Assembly: GCA_965263035.1 (NCBI GenBank)
Contig: OZ253580.1
Span: forward strand, 4,256,001-4,320,000
Direction: 5' to 3'
Length of the DNA stretch: 64,000 nt
From: Acidobacteriota bacterium
Lineage (GTDB): Bacteria > Acidobacteriota > UBA6911 > RPQK01 > JAJDTT01
Part shown: positions 1 to 9,645 of the stretch, in pieces
How positions within the stretch are numbered: the first letter of the stretch is position 1
How the letters are laid out: every line of letters starts with the position of its first letter
Notes under the pieces: model-generated
What the model was told of the DNA's origin: nothing
The model's database searches: none
The model's input: the letters and a program-made list of their open reading frames with translations, nothing else
Made by a program: the position numbers and the translations under genes

Positions 1-1
1 C

Positions 2-2674
2 GCAGTATGCGGCCAGCCCTTGACGCGACTTCGCGGTCTGCATGACGTCCACCCTGTCGTGGACGCGCTTCTCGAAGCGATTGCCGCGCGAGACGTGACA
101 GCATACAGCCAATGTCACGAGCGTGTAGTTGCGATCGAACAGGCGCGGGAGGCTCAGTCTGAACGTAATCGAATCGAGGCCGCGATCAGGTTAGCTGCAC
201 CTGGCTTGGCGGAGGAAATCGAGGCGAGCCTGAACGAACCGGTCTGGGATGATCGGCTTTCCCATTGGGAGGAGGCTTGGCGCTGGGCATGGGCTAACGG
301 GTGGATCAAGAAGCGGTCCGACTTCGACTTCCAACAGCGGCTCTGGCGAAGGCGTCACGAGGTGGAGGCTAGCAAGGGCAGACTCGTCGCAGAGGCCGCT
401 TCCCTCCGGGCTTGGAAGCACTTCTTCAAGCGTCTCTCACCGCGTGAACGCAATGCACTTAAGGGTTGGCGCGAGGCGGTGCGCGCTATGGGCAAGGGGA
501 AAGGGAAATCCGCGAAGATAGCACGCCTGAAGCGGGAGGCGCGCAACTACATGGGTGAGTGCCGCAAGGCGATCCCGATATGGATCATGCCTCGGTATCT
601 TGTGGCCGAAATGATCGACCCTTCGCCGGGTCTTTACGATCTTGTCATAGTCGATGAAGCTAGCCAGCTGGGCATCGAGAGCCTATTTCTGTTCTATATT
701 TCCAAGAAGATCATCGTCGTCGGTGATGACCAGCAGATCAGCCCTGCGGGCGTGGGTATTTCCGATGCAAATATCGCTGCCCTTCAACAGCACTTTCTGC
801 GTGATGTCCCGCACAAAGTTGCGCTCTACCCGCAGAGTAGCGTCTACGCTAACGCGAAGATCCGGTTTAACCAGAACATCGTGTTACGCGAGCACTTTCG
901 GTGCATGCCAGAGATCATCCAGTTCTCGAACGACCTTTGTTACGCCAGCAACGGTACCCCGCTCGATCCACTGCGCGCCTACCCCGCTAATCGGCTTCAG
1001 CCACTTGTACGTCGGCATGTGCATGACGGGTACCGCAAGGGAAGTGCCTATTACGCACAGAACCCGCCAGAAGCGGAGGCGATCGTTGAGCAGATCTGCG
1101 CTTGCATCGACGACTCGCGCTACGCTGGCAAGACGATGGGCGTGATCAGTCTCCAAGGCGATACGCAGGCAAAGCTGATCGAGAATATGCTTCTCCAGGT
1201 GCTCGATCCCGAAGTGCTTGTAGAGCGTCGGCTCATTTGCGGCGATGCCTACGCATTCCAAGGCGATGAGCGCAACGTTATTTTTCTGAGCATGGTCGCG
1301 GCCCCAGGAGAGCACAGGATCGGTGTGCTCGCAAACGAGGCGGCCCGACAGCGTTTCAACGTTGCGGTCAGCCGCGCCCAAGACCAGCTTTGGCTCTTCC
1401 ATACGGCCGAGGTCGATTTGCTCAGCGACAGATGCATGCGTCATTGCCTCCTCAGCTACATGCTCGATCCCGGGCGGAAAGCGACGGATCCGGAAGAGCA
1501 GCGGTTCGACTCGAAGTTCGAACGCCATGTCTACCAGCGTATTGCCGAGCGCGGCTTTCACGTTAGAACTCAGGTGTCCGTGGGCGACCCGGTGAATCAC
1601 CGCTACCGGATCGACTTGGTAGTAGAGGGTATGCGAGGGCGACTGGCGGTAGAGTGCGATGGCGACGAGTGGCATGGCCCCGATCGCTACGAGCAGGACA
1701 TGGCGCGTCAACGCGATCTCGAGCGGGCTGGCTGGCAGTTCGTCCGAATTCGGGGTAGCGACTTCTACCGGGATCGCGAAAAGGCCATGGAGCCCGTGTG
1801 GTCGGAGCTTGATCGCCTCGGCATCCGGCCCGGCGGCGTCGATGACTCAGCCGCTGCGCCGCCACCGCCGAAGTCGATAGGCTCGCAGCGGCGAATGGAA
1901 GACGACCTAAATGAGCCCATAGCCGGTCCGCCGCCCTCCGAGTTGGTTAAGGCGGTGCCTACGGTTACGCGTATCCCCAAGGCATCGCCAACGCCGACGC
2001 ATATCACCGACCTGACGCCAGCTACCCGCAAGCCTATGGTTGAGCCCCAGGAAGAAACAGAATCGATCTTCCGTCCCGAAAATCGATCGCCTCCTACAAC
2101 CCGTGACCCGGTCACGCCGGTCCTCGATAGAGCCGAACCCTATATTGCGTTCGAAGGACCAGCCGGTCCGGACCCGCGGCACTCCACACCCGCCCGGGTT
2201 GCCGAGGGGCTTTGCCGAATCATCGATACCGAAGGTCCGATGCTAGCCAGGCGAGCCTACAATCTCTATCTGCGCGGGAATGGCATCGCCCGAATGGGTC
2301 GTCAACTCAAGCGTGCCATGAACAGGGCGCTTCAGCACGCCATTCGAAAAGGTCGAGTCGCCAAGGTGGACGAGTTGGGCACCGGTGGCCTAGTCAACTC
2401 GATCGTGCGCATCAAGGGTAGGCCTGCAACCATGCTTCGCGAGCGTGGTCCCCGCACGTTCAAGGAGATTCCGCCGAGTGAGCTTGAGCTCATGGCACGA
2501 AAGGTGTCGCAAGATGAGGGGTTCGAATCCGGCTCAAATGACCATCTTCGGGCGGTGGTCGAGGCATTTGGTCTTAAGCGCCTCACAGCACAACGGAGGC
2601 TTCGTTTTACCGACGCGCATGGCTCGACGGATCGTAATGTGAATGATGTGTTGGACGTCAGGAAACCGCAGTAG
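2..2674 (+). CDS. 5'-truncated superfamily-1 (DNA2/NAM7-type) helicase fused to a DUF559/Vsr-like endonuclease domain, a Pro-rich linker and a C-terminal domain
   Basis: Frame is open from the window start. Helicase motifs DEASQ, VGDDQQ, EHFRC, FQGDE, RFNVAVSRA are followed by the nuclease motif YRIDLVV..LAVECDG..WH..RQRDLERAGW. Confidence 0.85.
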   Translation, partial: AVCGQPLTRLRGLHDVHPVVDALLEAIAARDVTAYSQCHERVVAIEQAREAQSERNRIEAAIRLAAPGLAEEIEASLNEPVWDDRLSHWEEAWRWAWANGWIKKRSDFDFQQRLWRRRHEVEASKGRLVAEAASLRAWKHFFKRLSPRERNALKGWREAVRAMGKGKGKSAKIARLKREARNYMGECRKAIPIWIMPRYLVAEMIDPSPGLYDLVIVDEASQLGIESLFLFYISKKIIVVGDDQQISPAGVGISDANIAALQQHFLRDVPHKVALYPQSSVYANAKIRFNQNIVLREHFRCMPEIIQFSNDLCYASNGTPLDPLRAYPANRLQPLVRRHVHDGYRKGSAYYAQNPPEAEAIVEQICACIDDSRYAGKTMGVISLQGDTQAKLIENMLLQVLDPEVLVERRLICGDAYAFQGDERNVIFLSMVAAPGEHRIGVLANEAARQRFNVAVSRAQDQLWLFHTAEVDLLSDRCMRHCLLSYMLDPGRKATDPEEQRFDSKFERHVYQRIAERGFHVRTQVSVGDPVNHRYRIDLVVEGMRGRLAVECDGDEWHGPDRYEQDMARQRDLERAGWQFVRIRGSDFYRDREKAMEPVWSELDRLGIRPGGVDDSAAAPPPPKSIGSQRRMEDDLNEPIAGPPPSELVKAVPTVTRIPKASPTPTHITDLTPATRKPMVEPQEETESIFRPENRSPPTTRDPVTPVLDRAEPYIAFEGPAGPDPRHSTPARVAEGLCRIIDTEGPMLARRAYNLYLRGNGIARMGRQLKRAMNRALQHAIRKGRVAKVDELGTGGLVNSIVRIKGRPATMLRERGPRTFKEIPPSELELMARKVSQDEGFESGSNDHLRAVVEAFGLKRLTAQRRLRFTDAHGSTDRNVNDVLDVRKPQ

Positions 2675-2959
2675 CCGCTGGCTACATCGGGTGCTCCCTG
2701 CCCCAACCCTGTCTCACGGGGCCTTCTAAAATTGGTAGATGATGCCGCTACTGATCTCGAGACTCCTCAGCCGCATGGTCGCTGGGCCTCGGTTGAACGG
2801 TCGGACTCGTCCACCCGTTCGCATACCATCCGTGATCCGCGAACGTCCTCTCGGGTTGAACGGATTTCCGTACTGAAAAGGGAATAGCAACTGATGTGTT
2901 GTTATCAAGTGGTTACATTGCAATAACTTATGGAATCTATGAGATAGTTAGGAAATCTG

Positions 2960-5236
2960 TTGGCAAATCAATTGATCATCGGACTTTGGAGTTGGAATCG
3001 CCTGATCATTCTGGGCGCCGTTTTGGCGCTGGCCGGCTGCGGCCGGGGTGGCTCGGAGAAGGGAACTGCACCTTACGGGCTGACTGAGAGGACCCTCTGG
3101 AATACCTCGCGGGTCGTTGGATCTCCCGAACCCCCGCCGCCGTACCAGCTCCGGCGCGTCTTTCCGCAGTACACCTTCGAGAATCCGACCTTCATCGCTC
3201 AGGACCCGAACTCGGAGCGGCTGTTGGTCGCCGAGTACGAGGGCCGGATCTACAGCTTCCAGGGGAACGATCCCGATGCCGGGAAAGACCTCTTCCTGGA
3301 CTGGAACCGCCGGGTTTCGGCCTTTTCCTTCCATCCGCGGTACCGCGACAACGGCCAGGTGTTCGTCTTCAGCCCGACCGACCCCAAGCTGGAAGGCAAG
3401 AAGGATGAAGAGGGCAACCCGGTCACACAGCTCAGCCGGGTCTCCAGGTTCGAGTTGGAACCGGGAAGCGCTCCGCCGCGGCTGCGTCCCGAATCGGAGA
3501 AGGTCATCATCCAGTGGCCGGCCGGTGGGCACAACGGCGGCGAAGCCATCATCGGTCCGGACGGGTACCTCTACGTTGCCACCGGAGACGGCACCGGATC
3601 CGCCGACCGCGACGATACCGGTCAGGATCTGGATGATCTGCTGGCGGTCATGATGCGGCTCGACGTGGAGCGGCCGGACCCCGGCCGGGCCTATTCCATC
3701 CCCGAGGACAATCCCTTCGTCGGCGTGCCCGGGGCCCGGGAAGAGATCTGGGCCTACGGCTTTCGCAATCCGTGGCGGTTCAGCTTCGATCCCGTCTCCG
3801 GTCGGCCCTGGGTGGGAGACGTGGGACAGGATCTCTGGGAGCTCATCGAGCTGGTCAGCCGGGGGAGCAATCACGGCTGGAGCCTCATGGAGGGCTCGCA
3901 CCCGTTCCATCCCAATACGAAGCCGGGTCCGACGCCGATCGTCCCGCCCGTCATGGAGCATCACCACCGGGAGAGCCGATCCATCACCGGCGGCTACGTT
4001 TACCAGGGAGACAAGTTCCCGGAGCTCCGAGGGGCCTACCTCTACGGGGACTACCAGTACGGCAAGATGTGGGGGCTGCGGTACGACCACGATGGGAAGG
4101 AGGTGGTCTGGCGCCAGGAACTCGCCGACTCGCCCGTCAAGATCGTCAGTTTCGGCCAGGGACGGGACGGAGCTTTCTATGCGCTGGACTACGACAGCGG
4201 TGAGATCTTCGAACTGGACCACCGGCCGGCGCCGGAGAAGAGACCGCCCTTTCCGAGGAAGCTGAGTGAGACCGGACTGTTCGCATCGGTGAAGGATCAT
4301 CGGCCGGCTTCCGGCGTCATCCCGTATTCGATAAACGTCCCCTTCTGGTCCGACGGCGCCGGCAAGGAGCGGTTTCTCGCCTTGCCGGGCGAGACGCGGA
4401 TCAAGTTCGACGAGGAAGGCACCTGGGAGTTCGGCGACGGTGCGGTGATGGTGAAGTCGTTCACCCTGGAGACCGAGGAAGGCAATCCGGAGACGCGCCA
4501 ATTCATCGAAACCCGGCTACTGGTGAAGCAGGTCGACCGGTGGGTCGGATACACCTACGCCTGGAACGACGAGCAGACCGATGCCGCGTTGGTGGAGGGG
4601 GACGGCCGAGACCGGACCTATCGGATCCAGGACGGGCGGGCGCCCGGCGGACAGAGAAGCCAAGTCTGGCGCTATCCGAGCCGGGAGGAGTGCATGTACT
4701 GCCATTCCCGCGCGGCCGGCTTCGCGCTCGGACTGAACACTCGTCAGATGAACCGCGACCAGGACTACGGCGAGACCACGGACAATCAGTTGCGAACGTT
4801 GGATCACATCGGAATCTTCAAGGAACCGCTCGAGAAGACTCCTTCAGAATACCCGGCCCTGCCGGATCCTTTCGGGACGGAGGCGGACGTGGAGGCGCGG
4901 ACCCGGGCCTATCTGCAAGTGAACTGCGCTATGTGCCATGCCCCGAGCGGCGGAGGAAACTCCCGGATCAACCTGACCTACACAGCGGAACCGGACAAGG
5001 TCCGCTTGATCGACGAGGCGCCGATTCACGACAACATGGGAGTAGACGGCGCCCGGATGGTGGTTCCGGGCGATCCTGAGCGGTCCCTTCTCTACCGAAG
5101 GCTGATCGTACGAGGTCTGAACCAGATGCCCCCGACCAGCACCAATCGGATCGACGAGCGCGGCGCGGAACTGGTGGCCGATTGGATCCGGCACCTCGGG
5201 ACCGAGTCCAAGCTCACTGCAATGTCGGTGCATTAA
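2960..5236 (+). CDS. PQQ-dependent sugar (glucose/sorbosone) dehydrogenase-family lipoprotein with a C-terminal c-type cytochrome domain
   Basis: Lipobox LAGC; HNGG, YGFRNPWRFSFD, GDVGQ, SITGGYVY motifs; two CxxCH motifs (CMYCH, CAMCH). Start codon uncertain. Confidence 0.85.
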   Translation: MANQLIIGLWSWNRLIILGAVLALAGCGRGGSEKGTAPYGLTERTLWNTSRVVGSPEPPPPYQLRRVFPQYTFENPTFIAQDPNSERLLVAEYEGRIYSFQGNDPDAGKDLFLDWNRRVSAFSFHPRYRDNGQVFVFSPTDPKLEGKKDEEGNPVTQLSRVSRFELEPGSAPPRLRPESEKVIIQWPAGGHNGGEAIIGPDGYLYVATGDGTGSADRDDTGQDLDDLLAVMMRLDVERPDPGRAYSIPEDNPFVGVPGAREEIWAYGFRNPWRFSFDPVSGRPWVGDVGQDLWELIELVSRGSNHGWSLMEGSHPFHPNTKPGPTPIVPPVMEHHHRESRSITGGYVYQGDKFPELRGAYLYGDYQYGKMWGLRYDHDGKEVVWRQELADSPVKIVSFGQGRDGAFYALDYDSGEIFELDHRPAPEKRPPFPRKLSETGLFASVKDHRPASGVIPYSINVPFWSDGAGKERFLALPGETRIKFDEEGTWEFGDGAVMVKSFTLETEEGNPETRQFIETRLLVKQVDRWVGYTYAWNDEQTDAALVEGDGRDRTYRIQDGRAPGGQRSQVWRYPSREECMYCHSRAAGFALGLNTRQMNRDQDYGETTDNQLRTLDHIGIFKEPLEKTPSEYPALPDPFGTEADVEARTRAYLQVNCAMCHAPSGGGNSRINLTYTAEPDKVRLIDEAPIHDNMGVDGARMVVPGDPERSLLYRRLIVRGLNQMPPTSTNRIDERGAELVADWIRHLGTESKLTAMSVH

Positions 5237-5247
5237 TGGACCCGGTG

Positions 5248-5297
5248 GAGCGGCGATTTCCAGTCGCCGAACAGGAGCAGCGATTTCCAATCGCCGA
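5248..5297. repeat. Tandem pair of REP-like palindromes (GGAGCGGCGATTTCCA.TCGCCG)
   Basis: Two imperfect hairpin units between the PQQ gene and the esterase. The homologous pair at 8079-8109/9660-9680 carries the IS110. Confidence 0.7.
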
Positions 5298-5304
5298 CCT
5301 CCCC

Positions 5305-7341
5305 ATGAACGGTAACCCGACAAGTCTCATGAACTCGTCCTCACAACAAATGCCGAGTCTCCGCAATTCCGTCTTGAAGATCTGCCTCTGCCTGCCCTGG
5401 ATGCTCTTCTTGCAGGCCCAGAGCACCAGCCGCCAGCTCACCCCCCTTCTGGAACGGGAAACCCTGGAACCGGGGTTGCTTCATCATCTGCTCGGCGAAT
5501 ACCTGCTGTCGCGATCTCCACAATTGCCGCCACTCCCCAGCCGTCCCGAAGAGTGGACGGCCCAGGTGAACGACATCCGCAGGAAGCTACTCCGGGAGGT
5601 GGTCTATCACGGCTGGCCCCAGGAATGGGTTAATGCACCCCTTCGTTTCCGAGAGGTGGGAGCCCCCCAGCAACAGCGAGGATACCGCCTCCGCAAGCTC
5701 CTGTTGCAGGTCTTGCCCGGCCTCCAGATCCCGGCACTGCTCTACGAACCGACGGGAGACCGGAGTTCCTTGCCGGCGGTCCTCAACGTGAACGGCCACG
5801 TCCGAGGCCCCGGCAAGTCCGTCGAGTACAAGCAGAAAAGGTGCATCAGCCTGGCCCGCCGCGGCGTGCTGGCGCTGAATCTGGAATGGCTGGCCTGCGG
5901 CGAGCTGTCCCATCCCGAGAACCAGCACTGGTTCGGCGCTCATCTGGACCTGGTGGGAGCCAACGCCATCGGACTCTTCTACCTGGCCATGCGGAAGGGG
6001 CTCGACTACCTGGAACAGCATCCCCGGGCCGATCCTAAGCGCTTGGCCGTCACCGGACTCTCGGGCGGCGGTTGGCAGACCATCATCCTCTCCTCCCTGG
6101 ACGAGCGGGTCGCCGTGTCCGTTCCGGTGGCCGGCTACTCGGCCCTGATCTCGAGAGTCGAACGGCCGCAAGACACGGGGGACATCGAGCAGAACGCCAC
6201 CGACCTGCTCCGGGGTCAGGACTACTCGACGTTGACCGCCATGCGGGCGCCCAAGCCGACTCTGCTGATCTACAACGCCGAGGACGAATGCTGCTTCCGG
6301 GCTCCCTTGGTCAGGCCCTACATCTACGACGACGTCAAGCCCTTCTTTGGCCTCTTCGGAAAGGGAGACCATCTGGGCTGGCATGAAAACACCGACCCCT
6401 CGACCCACAACTATCAACTGGACAACCGGCTTCAAGCCTACCGGCATCTGTCCCGGCATTTCGGCCTCGGGGATTGGGACCGTGAGGATCCCGTCGATCG
6501 GGAGATCCAGAGCTATGAGGATCTGGTGGTCGGTCTCCCGGAGGACAACCTCACCATCCTGGGCGTGGCGCGCCAGTTGGCCGACAGGAAGCTGCGGGAA
6601 GCGGACCCGGAGGAAGGTCGGGCGGTCGAAGATGTCGAGGACCGCAGGGCAAGACTTCGATCGCTGGTGCGTTTCCAGCCGGTGGCAGTCAAGCATGGGT
6701 GGGCGCTCCACAACACCAAGAATCGGGGGGTGGAATCGTATTCCTATCGAGTTCACTTCAGCGACGGACTCGTTGCATCCGCCCTCTGGGGGAAGGGAAT
6801 CGCCACTGCGGAGGGCGCTCCAGCCTCGATCCTGCTTCTGGACGAGGGCAAGGCGAAGGCGGGCCAACGAGCCTCAGACCGGATCAACCGGGGGGAACAG
6901 GTGCTGGTGGCGGACCTGATCCTGACCGGGGAAGCGCAGCCCCGGAGGAGGAATGCGTCGGACTCCCACCGCTACGCCCAACTCCTGGCCACGGTGGGAG
7001 ACCGGCCGCTGGGGATACGGGCTTCGCATCTCCTGGCTCTGGCCGGATGGCTCAAGGACAATCACGCCGCGGCGGAGGTCCGGGTAGAAGCTCAGGGATT
7101 CCGGAGCCAAGTGGTGGCCCTGCTGAGCGCGGCGCTGGACCCCGCGGCCTTTTCGGAGGTCAGGGTCGAGAAGGGCATGAAAAGCCTGCGCCACCTACTG
7201 GCCAAACCGGTCCGCTACAGCGAGGCTCCGGAACTGTTCTGCCTGGGGCTCTTTCCTGAATTCGATCTGGAGCGCCTGGTTCTCTTGGCCCGACCCACCC
7301 CGGTGGATCAGCGCGTCGAATCATCGGATTCCGGAGATTGA
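5305..7341 (+). CDS. Secreted alpha/beta hydrolase (acetylxylan esterase-like), copy 1
   Basis: Nucleophile elbow GLSGGG, signal-like N-terminus; near-identical paralog at 9689-11725. Confidence 0.8.
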   Translation: MNGNPTSLMNSSSQQMPSLRNSVLKICLCLPWMLFLQAQSTSRQLTPLLERETLEPGLLHHLLGEYLLSRSPQLPPLPSRPEEWTAQVNDIRRKLLREVVYHGWPQEWVNAPLRFREVGAPQQQRGYRLRKLLLQVLPGLQIPALLYEPTGDRSSLPAVLNVNGHVRGPGKSVEYKQKRCISLARRGVLALNLEWLACGELSHPENQHWFGAHLDLVGANAIGLFYLAMRKGLDYLEQHPRADPKRLAVTGLSGGGWQTIILSSLDERVAVSVPVAGYSALISRVERPQDTGDIEQNATDLLRGQDYSTLTAMRAPKPTLLIYNAEDECCFRAPLVRPYIYDDVKPFFGLFGKGDHLGWHENTDPSTHNYQLDNRLQAYRHLSRHFGLGDWDREDPVDREIQSYEDLVVGLPEDNLTILGVARQLADRKLREADPEEGRAVEDVEDRRARLRSLVRFQPVAVKHGWALHNTKNRGVESYSYRVHFSDGLVASALWGKGIATAEGAPASILLLDEGKAKAGQRASDRINRGEQVLVADLILTGEAQPRRRNASDSHRYAQLLATVGDRPLGIRASHLLALAGWLKDNHAAAEVRVEAQGFRSQVVALLSAALDPAAFSEVRVEKGMKSLRHLLAKPVRYSEAPELFCLGLFPEFDLERLVLLARPTPVDQRVESSDSGD

Positions 7342-7404
7342 GGCTCCGGCGATCAGGTAGCGCCGTGCCCTTTGACCTCCGGCCGTATGGCGCTGATGTA
7401 CTCG
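7342..7404 (-). pseudogene. Short remnant of the 3' end and flank of the homocysteine S-methyltransferase gene
   Basis: Aligns by eye with about 15635-15696 (GGCTCCGGCGATCA...CGCCGTGCCCTTTGACC...ATGGCGCTGATGT). Confidence 0.75.
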
Positions 7405-7410
7405 CGCCCC

Positions 7411-7485
7411 CTGGGAGCGGGGACATTCTTGTCCCCGTCTTCATCGCCGACGTGGAACCGGCGGCAGGAAAGCTGTTGCTCCCAG
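7411..7485. repeat. REP doublet (REPIN-like)
   Basis: GGGAGCGGGGACATTCTTGTCCCCG hairpin followed by a degenerate inverted partner ending GCTCCCA. Confidence 0.55.
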
Positions 7486-7584
7486 ACACCCCGTTTTTCT
7501 GGTTGGCTTGCGCCGGTCCGGAGCCGTTGGGGGCTACTAAGGAGGCTCTATACCTCTCAATATCTGAAGCTTCGTGGAATTCTC

Positions 7585-7609
7585 AGAGAAGTTGACTGTC
7601 CCCTTCTCA
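7585..7609 (+). repeat. 25-bp hairpin repeat R1 (AGAGAAGtTGACTGTCCCCTTCTCA)
   Basis: One mismatch to copies R2-R4 and R6; GAGAAG/CTTCTC arms. Confidence 0.9.
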
Positions 7610-7759
7610 CGCCTCCCGTTCGAACGACCCGGCTCCCTGGTCCCGCGGCTGATCCGATAACGTACTTTATTGGAGTCTGATTCCTTCTCCGGGTGCATCG
7701 CGGATTCCATCGTGGTCCGAGACTCCGGAAAGGGATAGAATAGGCAGAGAGGAGAATGC

Positions 7760-7984
7760 ATGTTCGACACGCTCACCGCTGCCGATCAACTTACCGCCGC
7801 CGGAATCGAGCCTCAACAGGCCAAAGCGATCGTGGCTGTCGTTCGCTCCAGTGAAGAGTCCGCCGTCACCCGGACCGAATTGGAAGCGGCGCTGGCCCAA
7901 CTGGAAACCGGGCTCTACAGGGCACTCCTCGTGCAGACTCTCACCATTGGCGGGTTGGTCGTCGCCTTGCCCAAGCTTCTGTGA
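7760..7984 (+). CDS. Small DUF1640/CCDC90-like coiled-coil membrane protein
   Basis: RBS GAGGAG; FDT...L..AG...QA.AI N-terminus, coiled coil, C-terminal TM helix. Confidence 0.75.
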   Translation: MFDTLTAADQLTAAGIEPQQAKAIVAVVRSSEESAVTRTELEAALAQLETGLYRALLVQTLTIGGLVVALPKLL

Positions 7985-7994
7985 ACGTGACCGC

Positions 7995-8019
7995 AGAGAA
8001 GGTGACTGTCCCCTTCTCA
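7995..8019 (+). repeat. 25-bp hairpin repeat R2
   Basis: AGAGAAGGTGACTGTCCCCTTCTCA, exact copy. Confidence 0.9.
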
Positions 8020-8025
8020 AGTCCG

Positions 8026-8109
8026 CCTCGGGACCGAGTCCAAGCTCGCCGCATTGTCGGTACACTGATGAATCCGGTGGAGCGGCGATTTCCAATCGCC
8101 GAACAGGAG
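8026..8109 (+). pseudogene. Diverged duplicate of the PQQ-dehydrogenase 3' end plus downstream REP
   Basis: CCTCGGGACCGAGTCCAAGCTC...CCGGTGGAGCGGCGATTTCCA.TCGCCGAACAGGAG matches about 5194-5277. Confidence 0.85.
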
Positions 8110-8531
8110 TATCCATGTTGCAAGTGGTGGGTGCTAATCGGTGTTTCCATCCCGTGTCGTTAGTACGTGATCTGTCCGGTCCAAAGGGCACAGGGTTAGG
8201 AGGAGCGTTCTTCCGCCGGAGGTGAGGCGGAGATCGAGCTGGATCCGCCGGGCGCCGTGCAGGGGGCGATGAGTGGACCGATAACTGGATCGAGGGGCCT
8301 GAGATCGTCGACGTCAGTCCTCCGGGAGGTCCGGATACGCCCTGGGGAGCGCCGGGTCAAGCCTCCGGCTCCTCCGCTTCGCTGCGCCCCTTCGGGTGAC
8401 CCGGCGCTCCCCAGGGCGTGAAGAGCTTTCATGGCCGTAAGCAAGCTTCCGGCCAGACTTGACCGGAAGTTCGACAGACGGCCATCAGGGGGTCCACACG
8501 CTCCCTTTCCTCACGGGGTCTCTCCGTGGCC

Positions 8532-9479
8532 TCAGAAGGTCGCTCGGGGCGCTACGGGCAACCAGGTGCGGTCCTGCCGGACGAGGGTGTTGGCCAGGAC
8601 GATGAGCTTGCGCATGACGGCGACGAGGGCCACCTTGCCGGGCTTGCCGCGCTCGCTCAGCCTCCGGTACACCTCGGCCAAGTCGGGGTTCCAGCGCAGG
8701 GCGGCCACCGCCGGCATGTACAGGAGCCGTCGCGCCCGCGCCCGTCCGCCCCGGATGAAGGCCCGGCCCTGCCAAGTCCCCGACTCGCGCGGAACGGCGG
8801 CCAACCCGGCCAGACTGGCGGCGGCCTTGCCGCTGAGGGCGCCCAGCTCGGGCATCTCGGCCAGCAGACCGGCGGCGGTGGTGGCCGCGATCCCCGGGAT
8901 GGAGGTGAGGATCTCCAACTTGCGGGCCCGCGCCTCGTCGGCCGCAATCAGCTGCTGCAATTTGCGGTCGATGGCGCGCAGGTGGCGCTCGAACATGTTG
9001 ATCTGGATCTGGTTCTGCTGTTTGAGCAGGGGTTCGCGGAGCTGTCGGCGGCGGTTGAGCGCGGCCGTGCGCTGGCGCATCAGCGCGTCCCGGGACGTCT
9101 GCAGATCCTGGAGCCGGCGTTGCGTTTTGGACGGCACCTGGGTCCGGCGCGGCTCCAGCGTGGCGGCCAGCTGGGCCAGTTTCCGAGCGTCTACGGCGTC
9201 GGTCTTGGCGCGGCTCCCGGTCGCCCGGGCGAAACACCGGGCCTGCCAGGGGTTCACCTTGGCCAACGGCAGCTTCGCTTTGGACAGCGCTTCCTCGAGG
9301 TCCCGGTGGTAGGGACCGGTGGCCTCGTACGCGACGCACTCGACCGGAGTTCCGATCCAATCAATCAGCGCCCGGAAGCCGGCCGGGTCATTGTCGAACT
9401 GGGCGGAATGGCCGTCGGCCAGCCGGTGCGCGTCCAGGTGCGCTTTCGAGATGTCGATGCCTACGGTATGCTGTTTCAT
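8532..9479 (-). CDS. IS110 family transposase/recombinase
   Basis: DEDD RuvC-like residues GIDISK, YEATG, KTDAVDA; SIPGI and RESG (catalytic Ser) in the Tnp domain; RKL near the C-terminus. Confidence 0.95.
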   Translation of the reverse strand: MKQHTVGIDISKAHLDAHRLADGHSAQFDNDPAGFRALIDWIGTPVECVAYEATGPYHRDLEEALSKAKLPLAKVNPWQARCFARATGSRAKTDAVDARKLAQLAATLEPRRTQVPSKTQRRLQDLQTSRDALMRQRTAALNRRRQLREPLLKQQNQIQINMFERHLRAIDRKLQQLIAADEARARKLEILTSIPGIAATTAAGLLAEMPELGALSGKAAASLAGLAAVPRESGTWQGRAFIRGGRARARRLLYMPAVAALRWNPDLAEVYRRLSERGKPGKVALVAVMRKLIVLANTLVRQDRTWLPVAPRATF

Positions 9480-9645
9480 CTTTCCTGTCTCCTGTGCTTG
9501 TCATTCGGGCCTTGATGCCCTCGTATCCATTCAGGACATCGGGAAAGACGGTGGCCGACCTCACTCCCATACGGTTCGTAACAGTCCGCGGCGGTACGGT
9601 CCAGCCACCGCCGTCCGGGTCGCTCATGAGCGACCCGGACGGCCC
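9480..9645 (-). ncRNA. Predicted IS110 bridge RNA
   Basis: 5' perfect 34-nt palindrome (9610-9643). Target loop carries ACCGCCGC and GGGAG; donor loop carries ATGGATAC and GACAAG. These match the flanking target and the element ends. Confidence 0.85.

Noticed and set aside
2788-2863. Short direct repeat GGTTGAACGG upstream of the PQQ gene
   Set aside because: Only two 10-bp copies, which is not enough to assign a function.
8196-8444. 82-aa ORF in the IS110 right end as a passenger gene
   Set aside because: It runs through long hairpins, has low-complexity translation and shows no recognisable motif.
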